This document shows positions 1-10,596 of a DNA stretch of 64,000 nucleotides, piece by piece (positions within the stretch are counted from its first letter, which is position 1; every line of letters starts with the position of its first letter). A program made the position numbers and the translations under genes. Source of the DNA: Rebecca billardiae RCC1528 (taxonomy: Eukaryota > Protista > Haptophyta); assembly GCA_965240325.2 (NCBI GenBank), contig OZ251228.1, forward strand, positions 1,798,001-1,862,000, given 5' to 3'. A model generated the notes under the pieces. It made no database searches and was not told the DNA's origin. It saw only the letters and a program-made list of their open reading frames with translations.

Positions 1-208
1 GTTTGTGTCGCAATGTGGCTGCGCCGGCTGCTGCCTGCGGGGCTACGGGGGCACACGCGGCACTGGGCGGTGGTGAGCAGCGCCATTCTTTGAATCTTTC
101 TGTCGTGATTTAATGAATCGCGGACTACATTGGCGTTCCGTCTGCGTGTCTCGTGACCCCCACGCGGAAAGTCGGCGCGGTGGCGACCGCGACCCGGGCG
201 GCGCCGGC

Positions 209-209
209 G

Positions 210-248
<39 letters not shown>

Positions 249-273
249 ATATATATATACATACATACATACA

Positions 274-333
<60 letters not shown>

Positions 334-340
334 CACACAC
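209..340. repeat. Compound microsatellite (TATATG)n-(TA)n-(TACA)n-(TA)n-(CA)n
   Basis: Directly visible. The overlapping YVYV/IHIH ORFs are artefacts of the repeat. Confidence 0.95.
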
Positions 341-988
341 ACATCCGCATAGTAACTGATCTGATCGGTCGTCTGTAACTGATTTATAGATGTACGTCCG
401 TGAGTTGCCCACACTCCGGTCTCGTGGTGCACGACACGATAGTTCATACTGAGTGAGTGAGTTACTGTGAGTCTGATGGCACTCAGCGGGCCGCTGCTCT
501 GACAGTTCAGGCGGCGCGGAGGATAGCCGTGTACGATCTAGCTAGTTACTACTTACTTAATAAACCTCATCTAACGAGGATCAGTCAAGTTATATATATG
601 TGTCTGTTGCACTCTGAGCCTGACGCTTGTCCGATGCTGCCACGTCGTTAAATATATATATAATTAGTGCAGTGCCACAGCATTAGTCAGTAGCCCATTG
701 ACACGGATTGAGTCAGCAGCGGGACCACCAGCCGCTCGGCTGTGAGTCGGCAGACTCGCCCCTCCCTCTCGGACTCGGTCTCGGAGTCGGAGGCCGGCGG
801 GAGGCGTCACTCCGAGGCGTGAGTGTCAGTGAGAGTCCTGACTAACTGGACAGACGCGGTCGCGGGTTAAGACAATATATACTCGACGGTTCGGGTTTGA
901 AGTCCTGTTAAGTGTTAGTGAATACGGTGATCTGTGATGGCGCCGTCTAATCCGTCTGCTATTGTCTGAGTGTCTGACGACGACTGAA

Positions 989-2224
989 TTAAGAGTAGAC
1001 GTGCGATTGCGTCTGCTCGATGTCGTGCCTCAGCACGGTCACCGTCTGACCATGCACGCGTGCCTGGATGCCGCCGCCCGGCGCGATCGCGCCGAGCGGC
1101 GAGCCATCTGCGCCGATGACCGCGCTGACGGGCACGCCCTCGTCCTGCACCAGCCATATCCAGCTGAGCGACAACGCAAACAAGCACAGCAGCGTGAGGG
1201 CGAGGCTGCATAGCAGGATCAGCCGGCACGAGCGGTGCGAGGCCCGGCAGCACTGCCGCGGCGTGGGCTGCTGCGCCTGGAGCAGCCTCATGTTGTGCAG
1301 TATTCTCCGCGCACGCCGCGCGACGTCCGGCTTGAGCTCATCCGCCGCAATCTCTTCTAGGCGCGGCATCGCGTCGGAGCGCTCGAGGAACTGCACGCAC
1401 TGGATGTCGCCCGAGACCTGGCGAGCGGCGCGCGGAGCGGTGGGGTCGGCGCGCGCGGGTGAGCAGCTGCGTGCGCGGGCGGGCGCGCGCCTCAGCCGCA
1501 CTGCCTGCCGTGCCGCGCGCGCGCGCACATTGGACATGCCCACGACGCCATAGGATTGGATCGTTGGGTCAGGCGACGAGAGTGCCGAGAGCAGGATGTG
1601 CAGCACGCCGGGCTCCTTGAGCAGGTCGGCGCCGCCAAAGTAGGTCAGGTTGGCCATGCACGACATGCACCACCTGAGCAGCGTGCCCGACGTGTTCGGC
1701 GGCGACGCGCACACGCCGCCGACCACCGGCGGCTCCGGCCACGCGTGGAGCTCGGTGATGAGCGCCACGAGCTTCCACGTGATGCCGTGCCGCTTGAGGA
1801 GCTCGTAGTGCGACGCGATGTCCGAGTCGTCGATCTTAGTGAGCATCTTCGCGAGCTCGCGCAGCGCCTTCTCGCGCACCTCAATGCTCAGCGACGGGTC
1901 GAGCGTGCGGCCATACGACGCTATGCTCGACGCGGGAGATGAAAATCTCGACTTGCTGCTCGCGAGCGCCGAGGTGACGGAGCCGACCATACCGGTGGAC
2001 TTCGAATCGCCGTGGCCTCGCAAGCCAGTGCGCGGGCCGAGCAGCCGCGGCGACGCGCGCACCACGCTTCCCACCAGCCCCAAGCCGCCGTCGGCCTGGG
2101 GTGCGCTCGAGCCGCCAAAGCTCCACGACCGCGCGGGCACGCACGGCCGCAGGAGCTCGGCGCCGGCATCGTACGCGGCCGGCGCGGGCTCGTCACACAC
2201 GTCTATTGCCACCGCCCCGTCCAT
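989..2224 (-). CDS. Armadillo/HEAT-like repeat protein with C-terminal transmembrane helix
   Basis: ATG at 2224 (MDGAVAID). In-frame intron 1528..1418 (AAT|GTGCG...CAG|GTC). ARM-like helices (LLRWCMSCMANLTY, GVLHILLSALSSPDPTIQSYGVVGMSN, DVARRARRILHNM). Hydrophobic stretch LILLCSLALTLLCLFALSLSWIWLV. Confidence 0.65.
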   Translation of the reverse strand: MDGAVAIDVCDEPAPAAYDAGAELLRPCVPARSWSFGGSSAPQADGGLGLVGSVVRASPRLLGPRTGLRGHGDSKSTGMVGSVTSALASSKSRFSSPASSIASYGRTLDPSLSIEVREKALRELAKMLTKIDDSDIASHYELLKRHGITWKLVALITELHAWPEPPVVGGVCASPPNTSGTLLRWCMSCMANLTYFGGADLLKEPGVLHILLSALSSPDPTIQSYGVVGMSNVRARAARQAVRLRRAPARARSCSPARADPTAPRAARQVSGDIQCVQFLERSDAMPRLEEIAADELKPDVARRARRILHNMRLLQAQQPTPRQCCRASHRSCRLILLCSLALTLLCLFALSLSWIWLVQDEGVPVSAVIGADGSPLGAIAPGGGIQARVHGQTVTVLRHDIEQTQSHVYS

Positions 2225-2623
2225 GCCGAGCCCCCCCAGCGGCCAACCGTCGGCGCCCAACAGGCGCCGCCGACGGTAACCACCGCGAGAGGCAGCAGGT
2301 GAGCTGGGGCAGCTGAGCGCCGCCCTCGCTCAAGCGGAACGGCGCAAGCGAAGTTCTTGGAGAGCGCTGTGGAGAGTAACGCAGGAGCTTGGTCCGGACC
2401 CGGACTCGCGACGAAGCTTCGTCAACTTTCCCATCAACAGTAAAACGTCTAACGCCCCTGCTGGAGAGCTGCTCCGCTGCTCGTCCCCGGCCGGCACGAC
2501 ACGGGCCCGGACTCGAGGGCGGCGGCAGGGTGTGGCAACAGCACTGCCCACGCTTGCGCGACCCGCCCGAGGCAGCAGCCTCGAGCCTCCGCTCCGACTC
2601 CGTCGTCGCTCCGACTCCGTCGG

Positions 2624-3625
2624 TCACGGTGGCTCCCGCGGCTGTGGGCGTGGCAGCTGAACCGGCGGCACGCTGCCGCTACTGCAATTGAGCGCGCACT
2701 TGTTCACGCGGCTGAGCACCAACTCGTTCAGCCGTGCGTACGCCCCGCTGGCGGGCAGAAAGTGCATGCCGTCGTCGAGGTAGGAGATGTTGAAGGCCCT
2801 GAACGCGAAGCTTGAGTTGATCGTCTCCTCCCTGGCGAACACGCGCGTGGCCGCGTCCGTCACTCGCAGCGCAGCCTCGCGGTGCGGCGTGGTTGTTCGC
2901 CAGAACGCGCACGCCGACACGTTCCGCGCAGCCGCGCGCATGGCCGCGTGGTCCGCCTTCTGCGCGGAGGGCCAGAGGCCGGCGTTCAGAACGAGCGCGG
3001 TGGGCTTCATCGACGCCACCACCGCCCGGATCGTGCGCGCCCAGTCCAGCGCCCAGCTGCGCTTCTTCAGCGCGATCCACTGCGCGTCGGTGAGCACGCC
3101 GGTGGGCGCGGCGTGGCCGCGCACGAGCAGTCCGTCGTTCACCATCACAAAGTGCACCTTGACGTCGCACGCCGCCCAGGTGTAGCTGCGCGTCTCGCTC
3201 ATCGAGGTGCTGTACAAAAGCTTCTTGAACCACATGTCCGACCTGTGACAGCTGCACGTCTCGTTCCCCTGCGACAGCTCCGCCTCCGTCTGTCTGAAGA
3301 AGTCGAGCCACGACGGCCACGTCGACCGCTGGAGCGGGTTGCGGTGCTTCCGCCGGACGAAGCTGTCGTTGTGCGAGCCGAACTCCAAGCGGTAGACGAG
3401 GTCGAGGTACTGGAAGCGTGTGATCGAGTCGCCCATCATGACCAGCCGCGTGCCGCGCAGCAAGCACGGCTCGGCGCCGGGCTTGAAGGGCTTGCACGCA
3501 GTTTTCGGGCTCGGGTTGCAGCATCGGATGGCGCCCGCGCCACAGCCGGCGAGAACGAGGCCGATAGCGAGGAAAAGCCTCGAGGTGCGTCGCCCAGGAC
3601 CAGAGCGCGGGCCAACAGGCATCAT
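2624..3625 (-). CDS. SGNH-hydrolase / PC-esterase (TBL-like) family protein with N-terminal signal or anchor
   Basis: GDS motif (MMGDSITRFQY), block III (VLNAGLW), DxxH (DDGMHF), hydrophobic N-terminus LFLAIGLVLAGC. Confidence 0.75.
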   Translation of the reverse strand: MMPVGPRSGPGRRTSRLFLAIGLVLAGCGAGAIRCCNPSPKTACKPFKPGAEPCLLRGTRLVMMGDSITRFQYLDLVYRLEFGSHNDSFVRRKHRNPLQRSTWPSWLDFFRQTEAELSQGNETCSCHRSDMWFKKLLYSTSMSETRSYTWAACDVKVHFVMVNDGLLVRGHAAPTGVLTDAQWIALKKRSWALDWARTIRAVVASMKPTALVLNAGLWPSAQKADHAAMRAAARNVSACAFWRTTTPHREAALRVTDAATRVFAREETINSSFAFRAFNISYLDDGMHFLPASGAYARLNELVLSRVNKCALNCSSGSVPPVQLPRPQPREPP

Positions 3626-3808
3626 GCCCTCTTGTCAACGATGGCAAGCGCTCGCCGCCGCCATGCTGTGCCGACTGCCGCGCCTCTCGCTCGAAGAAGG
3701 GCAGGAACCGGGTGCGCGGGCGCGGGACGGCCGGGACCAACCACACAGCCGCACAGGGGCTGTCGAGCTCTCCCGATCCCACGACGAGCGCAGCGCCGCG
3801 CCGTGCTC

Positions 3809-4582
3809 ATGCCGAGGCTGCCGCGCGTGCGTCCGCAACTGTTGGAGGAGGCGCACCGAGTGGCCGTGCGCCGATCAGTCGTCGCCGGCGCCGCCGTGAG
3901 CGCCACGGCGTACGCCTTGTCGTCGCTGCAGGGCCGCATTTTTGGCCAACCGTCGTTGACCATTGCATTCGAGATGCGCAGCGGCGTGCGTGGCGGCGGA
4001 GAGGAGGGCGACGTCGCCACGACGGTCGAGGTGGACGCGCAGGGCAACCGGCGGATAACCCGCACCAAAACCGTCACGGAGGACGGCGGCAGTCAGCGCG
4101 TGCAGCGCGAGTCGCTCCGGAACCCGCAGGGCTCCGAGCGACAGAGCATTCTCAACCTGCTGCCCTTCCAGCTCCCGGACTTTGTGAAGCGCATGGTGGT
4201 GGAGCAGCCGGGCTCGGCGGGATTCGGTGCGAGCAGCATGGCCCGGCTCATCGGTGGGACCGCTGCAGCGGCGCTCTGGGGCGCTGCGTGCACGTGGCCG
4301 GCCGCCCGCGCCGAGTGGCGATACGCTCTGTTCGGGCAGCGCTCGGCGATGATGGCTGCGCAGCCCGGGGCGTACGGAATGGCGACGGGCGTGCGCGTGC
4401 TCCTCCTCAGCTGGCTGAGCGGGGTGGCGGTCGCTGGCACAGTGTTCTCGGGCGGGATCGCTCTCGTGGGCATCCCCGCGGCCATACTGACTGGCCTGCC
4501 CGCGCTCGCCCTGGGCAGCGTCGCCATGCCCCTATGGCACAGGCAGATAGCGCTGCGACTGGTGCGCGACTGCCTGCTGTAA
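3809..4582 (+). CDS. Hypothetical multi-pass membrane protein
   Basis: ATG at 3809 within the 2882..4582 ORF. Coding-like composition and several hydrophobic segments (VLLLSWLSGVAVAGTVFSGGIALVGIPAAIL). Confidence 0.6.
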   Translation: MPRLPRVRPQLLEEAHRVAVRRSVVAGAAVSATAYALSSLQGRIFGQPSLTIAFEMRSGVRGGGEEGDVATTVEVDAQGNRRITRTKTVTEDGGSQRVQRESLRNPQGSERQSILNLLPFQLPDFVKRMVVEQPGSAGFGASSMARLIGGTAAAALWGAACTWPAARAEWRYALFGQRSAMMAAQPGAYGMATGVRVLLLSWLSGVAVAGTVFSGGIALVGIPAAILTGLPALALGSVAMPLWHRQIALRLVRDCLL

Positions 4583-5289
4583 GCGTAACGCGCTCGGCGG
4601 TGCTCCTCCGCTCGTGCCGATGCGGACCATGGCAGCGAGCTCTGGCAGCTCGATGCCATCGGGCAGAGCTGCTGAAAGGCGCGCGGTCGTTGACTCGTTC
4701 GTGGCAGGATGCGCTCAATTGCTCAACACTTGCACCGCCGCAAGCAGCAGCTTGGGCAGCTCGGCGACCACCGACGCCGGCATCTGATCTGACGCCGAGG
4801 CCTGGCAGGTCTGCCATCGGCACGATCGACCTGGGCCACTGACTGACGTGGCCCGGCTCGCCGATGCCGGGCAGGTGTCCGCCTGACCGATCTGAGACTC
4901 TGTTCTATTTCTCGATCTTACTCATCTTCCGAATGATCCGTGGACGATGCCGATCCTCATCCTGATGCCCTGATTCAGGCATGCGGCGCCGTCGCGGACG
5001 AGGGCTCGAAGTCGAACGGCTCGAACCGGGCCTTCGGACTAGTCGGCATTTTAGTGGTCGTCGGCCACTCTACGACTACATGCCGATGCTGACGGCCCGC
5101 GCGCCCCGGGTGCGACAATCTGAGCCGCTGCCAATATAAATGAATAATTCGTGCGTGCGCGGCGAATGATGAGACCGACACGGGCGACAGTCGACTCACG
5201 TCGTCAGTCTAGTACTAGTAGTGACGAGTGCACTGTGAGTGACAGCAGACAGCAGTATATATAGTCACAGTAAAGAAATCGATTTTCGG

Positions 5290-7285
5290 CGTTACCGTAA
5301 CCCGTCCGCACTTCCGCCCAGTGGGGATGCGCTGGAATTTTTTTCATGCCCCGTTCGCGGCACTTCGCGCCGCCACAGTGGAGAAAGATCGGGCCGGAAG
5401 CCGTTTGAGCATGGTCGGTCGTGCGCGCGCCCATTCGAATCGATGGCGCGCTCCGAGCGGCGGGCGTGCGCGCATGACTGCCGCGAGGGGGGCTGCGAGG
5501 CGTCGGCCGGCTTGCCAAGGCGGTTCCCTGGGGCGGCGTCACCCTCCCCCGCCCCTCCTCGCCCACCCTCGCCCCACGGGCGGCCACACGTGACCTGTTA
5601 AGATGAGGTCACGGGGGCCGCGCGGCACGCGCGCGGAGAGGCGAGGAAGTGGTGTTTCGCGGAAAAACGCAACGTCGCATTGTGCTCAACCCATGTGGGC
5701 ACCCGCTCCACAAGTTTGCGGTACGCCAAACCGCACACAGCGGCCTGAGCAGCTCCCAGACTGACTTTCGCTCTTGAAGCCTGTTTTGGGGCCAGATCTT
5801 GGTGTGGATGTAGCGCGGCGAGGAGGCGCCGGGCGCGCGCCCGAGCTGCGTGCTGCTACTCGCCATGACCCATAGACATCGTCCGTCGCGAACGACCCGG
5901 CTCGCCTCGACCTCTCCGACCCGCCGGGCAGCCACGACCGAGCGCGCAGCCAACGGTGTCCAAACAGAGGCTTCTCAGACCGCGTGGGATGGGCATAGGC
6001 GCGAGAGAGGGCGCCCAGCGCGCTCTTGAGATGCACAGGAGCACGCACTGATGCGTATGGAACCATCCCATCACGATCGCCCCGACCTGGCGCGCCCTAT
6101 CTGGCCCGTCAGGCTGCCCGCGCCGCCGCCGCCGCGCCACGCCGCCGCCACTGGCGCCGCCGCACCGCGGGCACATGGGTAAGTCCGTATTCAACAAATA
6201 CAGAATTTCCGGTGCGGCCCTCTTTTGGGCGGCAAGGTCGGTCTGGTCGACACCTGCCGCGCGGCATGGGCCACGGCGCGGCGAGGTGGCGGCTGGCGCA
6301 CCGCGGCGTGGGCGGGATGGCTCGAGGACACCACCGCCCCGCCTCCCACGCCGCGCCGTGCGCGTGCGCCGTGCTCTCGTCGCGTACCGATTTTCCTGCG
6401 GCGAGCGACGTCCAACAGCGCGACCATGCCATCGCGCGACGAGGTGCGTTCAGCTCGGCGATTTGTCGTATTTGTTGAATACATGCGGGTACGAATCGAC
6501 CGCAAGGAGCGGCAAGGACGCCCTCGACGCACACGTCGAGAGCCACGCGCGCGGCGTGGACTGGCACGCGACGCGGAGATGGCGGGCGCGGTGCCGCGGG
6601 CGCGCGACTGGTCTAGAACATCCCAATGAAGCGCGGGACGGCGCTGCGCGCCTGTGCTCGCCGCCGTCTCCTCGCAGTCGAAAATATCTGTGCACCCTTC
6701 TGTCTGGCTAGTCGACCGGCCGGCACGCGGCACGCGAGCAGTGTGTGTGGGGAGGAGTGTGACATGGCAGGCTGTGGCGAGGTGGATGGCCGTGCAGGTC
6801 TACGCTAGGAAGGGCCGCTCCCGCGCTCGCGCGGTGACTCGCGCACGCCTCGTCGAGGACGAGCGTGTTTGAATGGCTCCGGAGAAGGCTTACGATCGCT
6901 CGTTGATGGGCAGCGCGCGACACGTGCACACGACGAAGGTGACGACCAGGCACTCCGGCGAGGGCGGCTGTGCTAGTAGCAGACTGCATTCGGAGTAAGA
7001 TGCGCCATCTTACGCGCCGCTTCGCCTCGCTGCATCGCCGCACTGAGCAGCAGGGCTCCACGCTCACGAATGGCTCACCGCGAGCTACGTGACCGGCCAG
7101 CCGCGTGCAACCCGGCGAGGCAGAGAGGGGCGGAGGGATGGGGAGGCTGGGTGGGATGTTGCAGTCCCATGCCCGGGGCACTCGCCAGGCGCCTGCGCGA
7201 CCACCGTAGCGTCGTCTGTGCGCTCGTGCGGCCCGTGCGAGAAATTCCCCGAAAATCGGCTCGTGTCGGACGGGTTACGGTAACG
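5290..7285. mobile_element. Putative decayed DNA transposon framed by a perfect 19-bp inverted repeat
   Basis: CGTTACCGTAACCCGTCCG at 5290-5308 and its reverse complement at 7267-7285. The interior has only broken ORFs. A minus-strand fragment MASSS...YIHTKIWPQNRL loosely recalls the hAT dimerisation motif. No TSD seen. Confidence 0.4.
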
Positions 7286-7330
7286 ATAAGCCCGTTTTTG
7301 TTCACCGTGTGGTCTAACAACGACATCCGC

Positions 7331-7438
7331 CATGGGGACCAACATCAACGCGCTCACACCACTGCCACTGCTGCAAGCTTCGACCAGTACCACTACAGAC
7401 GAATCAGGAGAGCTGCGCCCTCGTGCCTGTGTCTTTAA
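7331..7438 (+). repeat. Dispersed repeat family R2, copy 1
   Basis: Homologous to the reverse complement of 61458-61580, with a 35-bp identical core (7395-7429 = rc 61467-61501). Both copies end in TTTAA. Confidence 0.85.
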
Positions 7439-7882
7439 ATCATAGAATTGGTCTAGTCGTGCAGTAGTCTGTCAGAGTCAGACGCCGACGCGGTGCCCCG
7501 AGTGACGCGGAGTCCGCCAAGAGTGTCCGCGCTCACGAAACTGAAATAATACTGAGTAGCTTTAGTGACAATCTCACAATGATAGTCTCCGAGTCCGAGT
7601 GAGTTAGATACTAGATAGTCACTACTCATTGACTGTCTACTCATCACTGCCACTGCCACTGAAGCCGCTCGGTTCGGCGCGGCGGCAGGCACAGTGACTC
7701 GGGCGTGGTAGCGTGGTACGGTGCCGTGGGCACGGTCGCCGCAGAGTCCAGTGCGGAGCGATCGCACCAGATGTCGCCCTTGGGCGGCAGGAAGCCGCGT
7801 GTCCGCGCGACGATAGCCCCAGCCGGCTCAGATCGACGACGACTGGCAGCGACTGGGGAGTGGGACGACGGGTGCGCGGTGA

Positions 7883-8803
7883 TTAGACATTCAGGTTGAG
7901 GGTCACGCCGAGGTTCGCGGGCCCGACGCCGTTGGTGAAGCCGTTCGCGCCGAGGAGCGACTGCTGCTCGTCGGGCACCATCGAGACCACCACGTTCGTC
8001 CTCCCCTGCTGGTGGTTGAACGAGAGGTTGATGTTGGAGTCGGGTGGGCGGTACGCGGCACCGAGGTTCCACTTGCCCGCGCCGCCGCCGTACAGCTGCT
8101 GCTGCAGCTGCTGCAGCTGGGCCTGCTGCACCTGCAGGTACTGCATGGCGGTGGACATCTGCTGCGCCGCCTGGATCTTCGCCGCGACGCCCTTCTTCCA
8201 CTCGCGCTCCAGCGACTGCATGATCGTCTGCAGGTTCTGTCGCTCCACCGTGTACGACCAGTCAGCGCCGGTCGCGACCGACGCGGCCGCTTCGCGCACA
8301 AAGAACTGGTCCGCGTTGAGCATGCCCTGCACGTTGACGTCAGACATGGACACCGACTCCTGGTACATCTGGATCGCCTTCGTCTTGAGCGCCTGCAGCT
8401 GCTGCAGGAAGACGGCGTGCAGCTTGCCGTGAATCGCAGCCTTCAAATCGGCGCGTGCCTTCGCAACAGACTCCTTGCCGCGCTTGGGCGCCGCGGCGTC
8501 GAACGACTCGAGCGCCTCTTCCGTGAGCTGATCGATACGCTCGCCCAGGCCCTGGACGGGCTCGCCGGACTCGAGCTTCTTGCTCAGCTCCGCCGCGTGT
8601 GCGGCGCTCGCCTCGAGCGCCGCGGCAGAGGTCTCGGCGCACGTGTACGCGACGCGCAGCGCGTCCTCGGACATGTCGTCGGCCGACTTGAAGCCACCCC
8701 GGAGTGCGCGCAGCGCAGAGCGGTCGATGCGACTGCTGTGCGAGGCGCGCGCCTCCGCGAGTGCGCACAAGGCCGTGGCGACCACCAGCACCACCGCCTT
8801 CAT
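7883..8803 (-). CDS. Signal-peptide protein with LRGG motif, helical region (possibly Sey1/RHD3-like) and beta-rich C-terminus; candidate periplastid protein
   Basis: Intronless 306-aa ORF with strong GC3 bias. Signal peptide MKAVVLVVATALCALAEA, then SALRALRGG. Helical core with DWSYTVERQNL. Family assignment is from recollection only. Confidence 0.75.
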   Translation of the reverse strand: MKAVVLVVATALCALAEARASHSSRIDRSALRALRGGFKSADDMSEDALRVAYTCAETSAAALEASAAHAAELSKKLESGEPVQGLGERIDQLTEEALESFDAAAPKRGKESVAKARADLKAAIHGKLHAVFLQQLQALKTKAIQMYQESVSMSDVNVQGMLNADQFFVREAAASVATGADWSYTVERQNLQTIMQSLEREWKKGVAAKIQAAQQMSTAMQYLQVQQAQLQQLQQQLYGGGAGKWNLGAAYRPPDSNINLSFNHQQGRTNVVVSMVPDEQQSLLGANGFTNGVGPANLGVTLNLNV

Positions 8804-8863
8804 TGCGCTCGGTCGCCCTGCTGCGTCAATCAGCAGCCGCGTGGCCGAGCGGAGTCCGGCTGA

Positions 8864-9877
8864 TCAAAGCGGCACTGGGGCAAGGGCAAGGGCCCTTGGC
8901 CGGGGGAGCCGGACGTTGCAAGATAAGCTCAGATTGCTCAGCAAGTACGTATTAGTTAAACAGCGGGGGCCTGGCGGCCTTGTCCCGGTGGGGCTGGTCG
9001 AACACAGCGCGTCTAGGACGCGACGGAGAAGCTTCCCATGGCCGGCAGACCCGACGACGATGGGACGAGTTGGCCGTAGTTCAGCGCTGTAGAACGGTAT
9101 CATCCGGTGGCGCGCCACCGTCGCGCGTGCGATTAAGCCAGGCGCGGCAGCGCGGCACTTCTGCAGTTCTGCAAGGCCCACAGTGAGGCGCACGGCGAGG
9201 CGCGCGTCGATGCAGTCGTCGCTGCGCACGGCCGCTCGGGCACGACGGCACGGCAACGGCACGCACCGCGGATGGCCCACCGGTCTGCAGGCGCGGGGCG
9301 ACTGCAGGAGCGGGGCGAGCGGCGCAGGCCGGCAGGCCGCAGGGCACAACCGACTCGGCCAGCGTAGCAGACTCCTGCAGCCGTCGCTGAGCACGGCCCG
9401 TCGGGCACGACGTGGTACAACGGCTCGCGTCGGTGTGCATGTTGTGTTGTGCAGCTCGCGCCGGCGGGCACGCACCTCCGCGATGGCGCCGCGAGCCGCG
9501 GGCGGCGCGGGTGACGGACGAGCCAGGGCGAGCAGTAGTCGGGCAAGTCGGCGAGCGGGTGGCTTATGGTAGGCTTGTGGTACGAGCTTCTCCATGAGCC
9601 CGTTCGTGCACGTCATCTGATGCGGTTGCGGCTGCTTGATCGCCGCCACGTGCCGCTGGATCTCCGCCAGATTGGCGCAGTTCCTCGCGACGCCGACGAT
9701 GGCATCTGGGATTCTGGCGCTGGGTTCGGCGGAGGCCCGCGGACGGCTGATCCTCGTCGCGCGCATGTGTGCGAGCGCGAGTGCCGGCAGCGTCGTCGAG
9801 CCACGCCGGCTGAGCGCTATCTGCGTGTCGCGCGCGGCCTTGTTCGCCTCCTGCAGCAGCGCGCGCTCGTCGGTCAT
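8864..9877 (-). other. Possible hypothetical or degenerate gene
   Basis: Coding-like pieces (MTDERALLQEANKAARDTQIAL; DAIVGVARNCANLAEIQRHVAAIKQ) separated by intron-like GC tracts. A degenerate internal duplication of about 165 bp is present (around 9220 vs 9385). The structure is unresolved. Confidence 0.25.
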
Positions 9878-10596
9878 ACTCAATCGTGTGTGCCGGGCGC
9901 ACGCGGCGCGGCGGCGAACGCACTCGTGCGTCGCGGTTCCTCGACTTGCTTGGGGAGCGGATGGTCGTAGAAAAGCGTCAACAAATAGGTGGGAATCGCA
10001 ACGACATCCCTATGGCGCGCGCTCAAAAAGGTAACGACATGTGTTCTCGATTCCCGAGGCGTGCCTAATCAAAAAACGTTTGAGGCCGCATTCTTCGTAT
10101 TCCTACTCAGGTATTACTTTGGACAGCAGTACGTCACACCAATTAAAGGGGGTCGGAGCTGGGTCTCCCAGGGCTTTTTCACGAATTAAAATTGTTTAAA
10201 GCTGTGTTCACCAGAATTACTACTGGTCAGTGGAAACTCACTCGTCTGTCAGCATGGCGGCCGGGTGATGCCGAGACGACAAATCTTGCACGTGATGTAT
10301 GTCCTCGGTACATAGGAGTCTAGGGTCACGACTGTGAAATGACGTTGGCACGCCGCCCCTCATAGTCTGACCACGCTTGCATGGAGTGATTGGAGATTGG
10401 AGGCAGGGCAGAAAAACTAAACCGTCCGAATCCGGTACCGCCGGGACGGGAGTCACAGTCTGCTAGGTCTCGGTCGAGGCGTCGACCATGGCTGCGACGC
10501 CGCCAGGGGCGCACGGCGCCTGGCACCGCGCGGACCACCGCGGCTCGAGCCCGCAGGGCCGCAGTGGCCGTACGGTAGTGCCCGAAGCCCGCGCAG

